A stretch of DNA of 64,000 bases, taken from Ranitomeya imitator (lineage: Eukaryota). The notes beneath the pieces were generated by a model. That model was not told the DNA's origin and ran no database searches. It saw only the letters and a program-made list of their open reading frames with translations. The position numbers were made by a program, and so were the translations under genes. Shown one piece after another: positions 61,251-64,000 of this stretch. The stretch covers positions 90,396,001 to 90,460,000 of the forward strand of contig NC_091291.1 in NCBI RefSeq assembly GCF_032444005.1, written 5' to 3'. Every line of letters begins with the position of its first letter. The first letter of the stretch is position 1.

Positions 61251-62103
61251 GGTGTGTGCAGACGCTGGCCGCGCTTTGGACGGTGTGTGCAGACGCTGGC
61301 CGCGCTTTGGACGGTGTGTGCAGACGCTGGCCGCGCTTTGGACGGTGTGTGCAGACGCTGGCCGCGCTTCGGACGGTGTGTGCAGACGCTGGCCGCGCTT
61401 TGGACGGTGTGTGCAGACGCTGGCCGCGCTTTGGACGGTGTGTGCAGACGCTGGCCGCGCTTTGGACGGTGTGTGCAGACGCTGGCCGCGCTTTGGACGG
61501 TGTGTGCAGACGCTGGCCGCGCTTTGGACGGTGTGTGCAGACGCTGGCCGCGCTTTGGACGGTGTGTGCAGACGCTGGCCGCGCTTTGGACGGTGTGTGC
61601 AGACGCTGGCCGCGCTTTGGACGGTGTGTGCAGACGCTGGCCGCGCTTTGGACGGTGTGTGCAGACGCTGGCCGCGCTTTGGACGGTGTGTGCAGACGCT
61701 GGCCGCGCTTTGGACGGTGTGTGCAGACGCTGGCCGCGCTTTGGACGGTGTGTGCAGACGCTGGCCGCGCTTTGGACGGTGTGTGCAGACGCTGGCCGCG
61801 CTTTGGACGGTGTGTGCAGACGCTGGCCGCGCTTTGGACGGTGTGTGCAGACGCTGGCCGCGCTTTGGACGGTGTGTGCAGACGCTGGCCGCGCTTTGGA
61901 CGGTGTGTGCAGACGCTGGCCGCGCTTTGGACGGTGTGTGCAGACGCTGGCCGCGCTTTGGACGGTGTGTGCAGACGCTGGCCGCGCTTTGGACGGTGTG
62001 TGCAGACGCTGGCCGCGCTTTGGACGGTGTGTGCAGACGCTGGCCGCGCTTTGGACGGTGTGTGCAGACGCTGGCCGCGCTTTGGACGGTGTGTGCAGAC
62101 GCT
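61251..62103. repeat. 31-bp minisatellite (GGTGTGTGCAGACGCTGGCCGCGCTTTGGAC), about 27.5 units, RPS25 intron 1
   Basis: Direct reading; nearly invariant, with one TTC variant at about 61370. Confidence 0.97.
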
Positions 62104-62185
62104 GCTGTCCGTCCCTGGATACAGAGTGCAATGCCATCCACTGCTGTCCGTCCCTGGATACAGAGTGCAATGCCATCCACTGCTG
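62102..62185. repeat. 39-bp tandem duplication abutting the 31-bp array
   Basis: CTGCTGTCCGTCCCTGGATACAGAGTGCAATGCCATCCA x2 plus a partial copy. Confidence 0.85.
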
Positions 62186-62700
62186 TAACAGCTGGACTCT
62201 GCATAAGTACACAGCATCAAATTATCTGCACATACCCTGACTGCAGCACTGACATCACACCATCAGCGCTGCAGACAATCGCTGAGCAGCCTGTGGCTCC
62301 TAAACGGGTATAACAGACACCAGCAGACGTATGTGCTGGGCTTATAAATGTGTGAGGAGGTTATATGGAAACTGAGGGGACGACCCCGTTACCACCGCTG
62401 AGCCTTGTCTACAAAATCGGGAAGGGGAGAGAGCCTCCGCCCGGAGCCTTCCCGCTCTGGACACCAACAGAGTAATATGAAAAAGGAAGGGATTCTCCGG
62501 TGTAGGTAAAACATCATTTATTTTGTCCTCATAATGTCTGCCTGCGCCCCCCTCGCTCGGTCTGCTCTGTATACACAGATGGAGTATACGATCCCAGCTA
62601 TTTGTATGGCAGCGGTGGGATCAAGGCCCCCCCCCCCCCCCCCCCCCCTCTCCGGAGCAGAAAGTGTCCTGAGGAAATTAATGCTTTTTTATTTTTGTGA

Positions 62701-62808
<108 letters not shown>

Positions 62809-62988
62809 TAAGTATTGGTCCTTGTGTGAGGTGGTCCCCGGTCTCTAGTGCCTGTGCTGCAGCAAAGAGGGCTGCTGTCTGGTCACTGTGCACACTAGTC
62901 CGGGGACGGATACATGAGGCCTTGTCTGCTTTCTGTGCACGGACCACTGCCCAAATGTTAGTAATATCTTTCTTTTTGCCTTGAGTAG

Positions 62989-63183
<195 letters not shown>

Positions 63184-63436
63184 TGAACAATGTGGGGCAG
63201 ATCTCATTCAGTCCTGCAGTGGGGACTGTGTATGGTCACAGGGCCGAGAGGACAATATAGTAGGGCTGCAGCTTTTGTCCAGCTGGATCAGATTGACATG
63301 CTCAGTGATGAGATTGGCACTTTTTATAACTGATCTTCTCTCCATGGACCTGATGGAGGACACACAGGACGTATTAGAATATTCTTAGGTTATGGCAGGC
63401 ACAGGGCTGTCCGTCATAGCCTCTGAGATTGTAGAT

Positions 63437-63619
63437 CAGTGTTCCCCAGCTCCGGTCCTCAAGAGCCACCAACAGGTCTTGCTTTCAGGATTTCCTTTGT
63501 ATTGCACAGGTGATGGAATTGTCTGTGCAGGTGATGCCATTATCACCTGGGCCATACTAAGGAAATCCAGAAAACATGACCTGTTGGTGGCTCTTGAGGA
63601 CTGGAGTTGGGGAACACCG
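63437..63619. mobile_element. hAT-type MITE, 183 bp
   Basis: TIRs CAGTGTTCCCCAGCTCC / GGAGTTGGGGAACACCG; 8-bp flanks TTGTAGAT / ATGTAGAT (7/8 match). Confidence 0.8.
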
Positions 63620-63770
63620 ATGTAGATGGAGACCATCGTCTTGATGGATATGTCAAAAGCCAGTTATAGGGTAAGAAGCATTCTAGAGTAAGTGTTCAGT
63701 TAGACCCCAATGGAGTCCCTCAGTGGCGATCTTCAGGTTCTCACTTGATAAGTTGGAGTTTGTAGTTGAT

Positions 63771-64000
63771 GGTCTGGACCTGTCTTTGTAGATCGCGCTC
63801 TCGGGGGTCTGGACCTGTCTTTGTAGATCGCGCTCTCCAGGGTCTGGACCTGTCTTCATAGACCTTGCTCTCCTGGGTCTGGACCTGTCTTTGTAGATCG
63901 CGCTCTCCGGGGTCTGGACCTGTCTTTGATCGCGCTCTCCGGGGTCTGGACCTGTCTTTGATCGCGCTCTCCGGGGTCTGGACCTGTCTTTGATCGCGCT
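63771..64000. repeat. 35-bp then 32-bp minisatellite (GGTCTGGACCTGTCTTTG[TAG]ATCGCGCTCTCCGG), runs off the window
   Basis: Unit starts at 63771, 63806, 63841, 63876, 63911, 63943, 63975. Confidence 0.93.

Noticed and set aside
58816-62313. Long ORFs of 300-590 aa around the RPS25 promoter
   Set aside because: They are translations of the 29-bp and 31-bp arrays.
63304-63426. Intronic box C/D snoRNA in RPS25 intron 3 (GTGATGA...CTGA)
   Set aside because: There is no terminal stem at either CTGA and no recognisable rRNA-antisense element; a snoscan/Infernal run would be needed to reconsider.

Overview
Vertebrate genomic DNA, probably frog (inferred from the MITE, DIRS and Penelope-type repeats; the species cannot be read from the sequence). 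Two housekeeping genes lie on the + strand. The first is a complete 11-coding-exon CENATAC/CCDC84 gene (minor-spliceosome zinc-finger protein; CDS 6566-53566, 1011 nt, 336 aa by my exon assembly). The second is the first three exons of RPS25 (5' TOP exon at about 60879, ATG 60918-60920; intron 2 is GC-AG; later exons lie beyond the window). More than half of the window is tandem repeat: an 18-bp array (about 5 kb) upstream of CENATAC, a 132-bp satellite (about 218 units, 28.8 kb) filling CENATAC intron 1 with nested higher-order duplications, and 29-, 31- and 32/35-bp arrays around RPS25. The remaining introns carry nested non-autonomous transposons (piggyBac-like, Harbinger-like and hAT MITEs, a deleted DIRS element, a Chapaev3-like transposase fragment). 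Nearly all long ORFs in the track are repeat artefacts. The most notable observations are: (1) an apparently complete type-I hammerhead ribozyme antisense in CENATAC intron 8; (2) the intron-1 satellite unit contains the intron's own predicted branch point plus a pyrimidine-rich tract, and CpG decay has created candidate cryptic acceptors and donors that would give poison exons in a spliceosome gene; (3) CENATAC and RPS25 are in tandem, unlike the convergent human arrangement as I recall it, with no TRAPPC4 next to RPS25.
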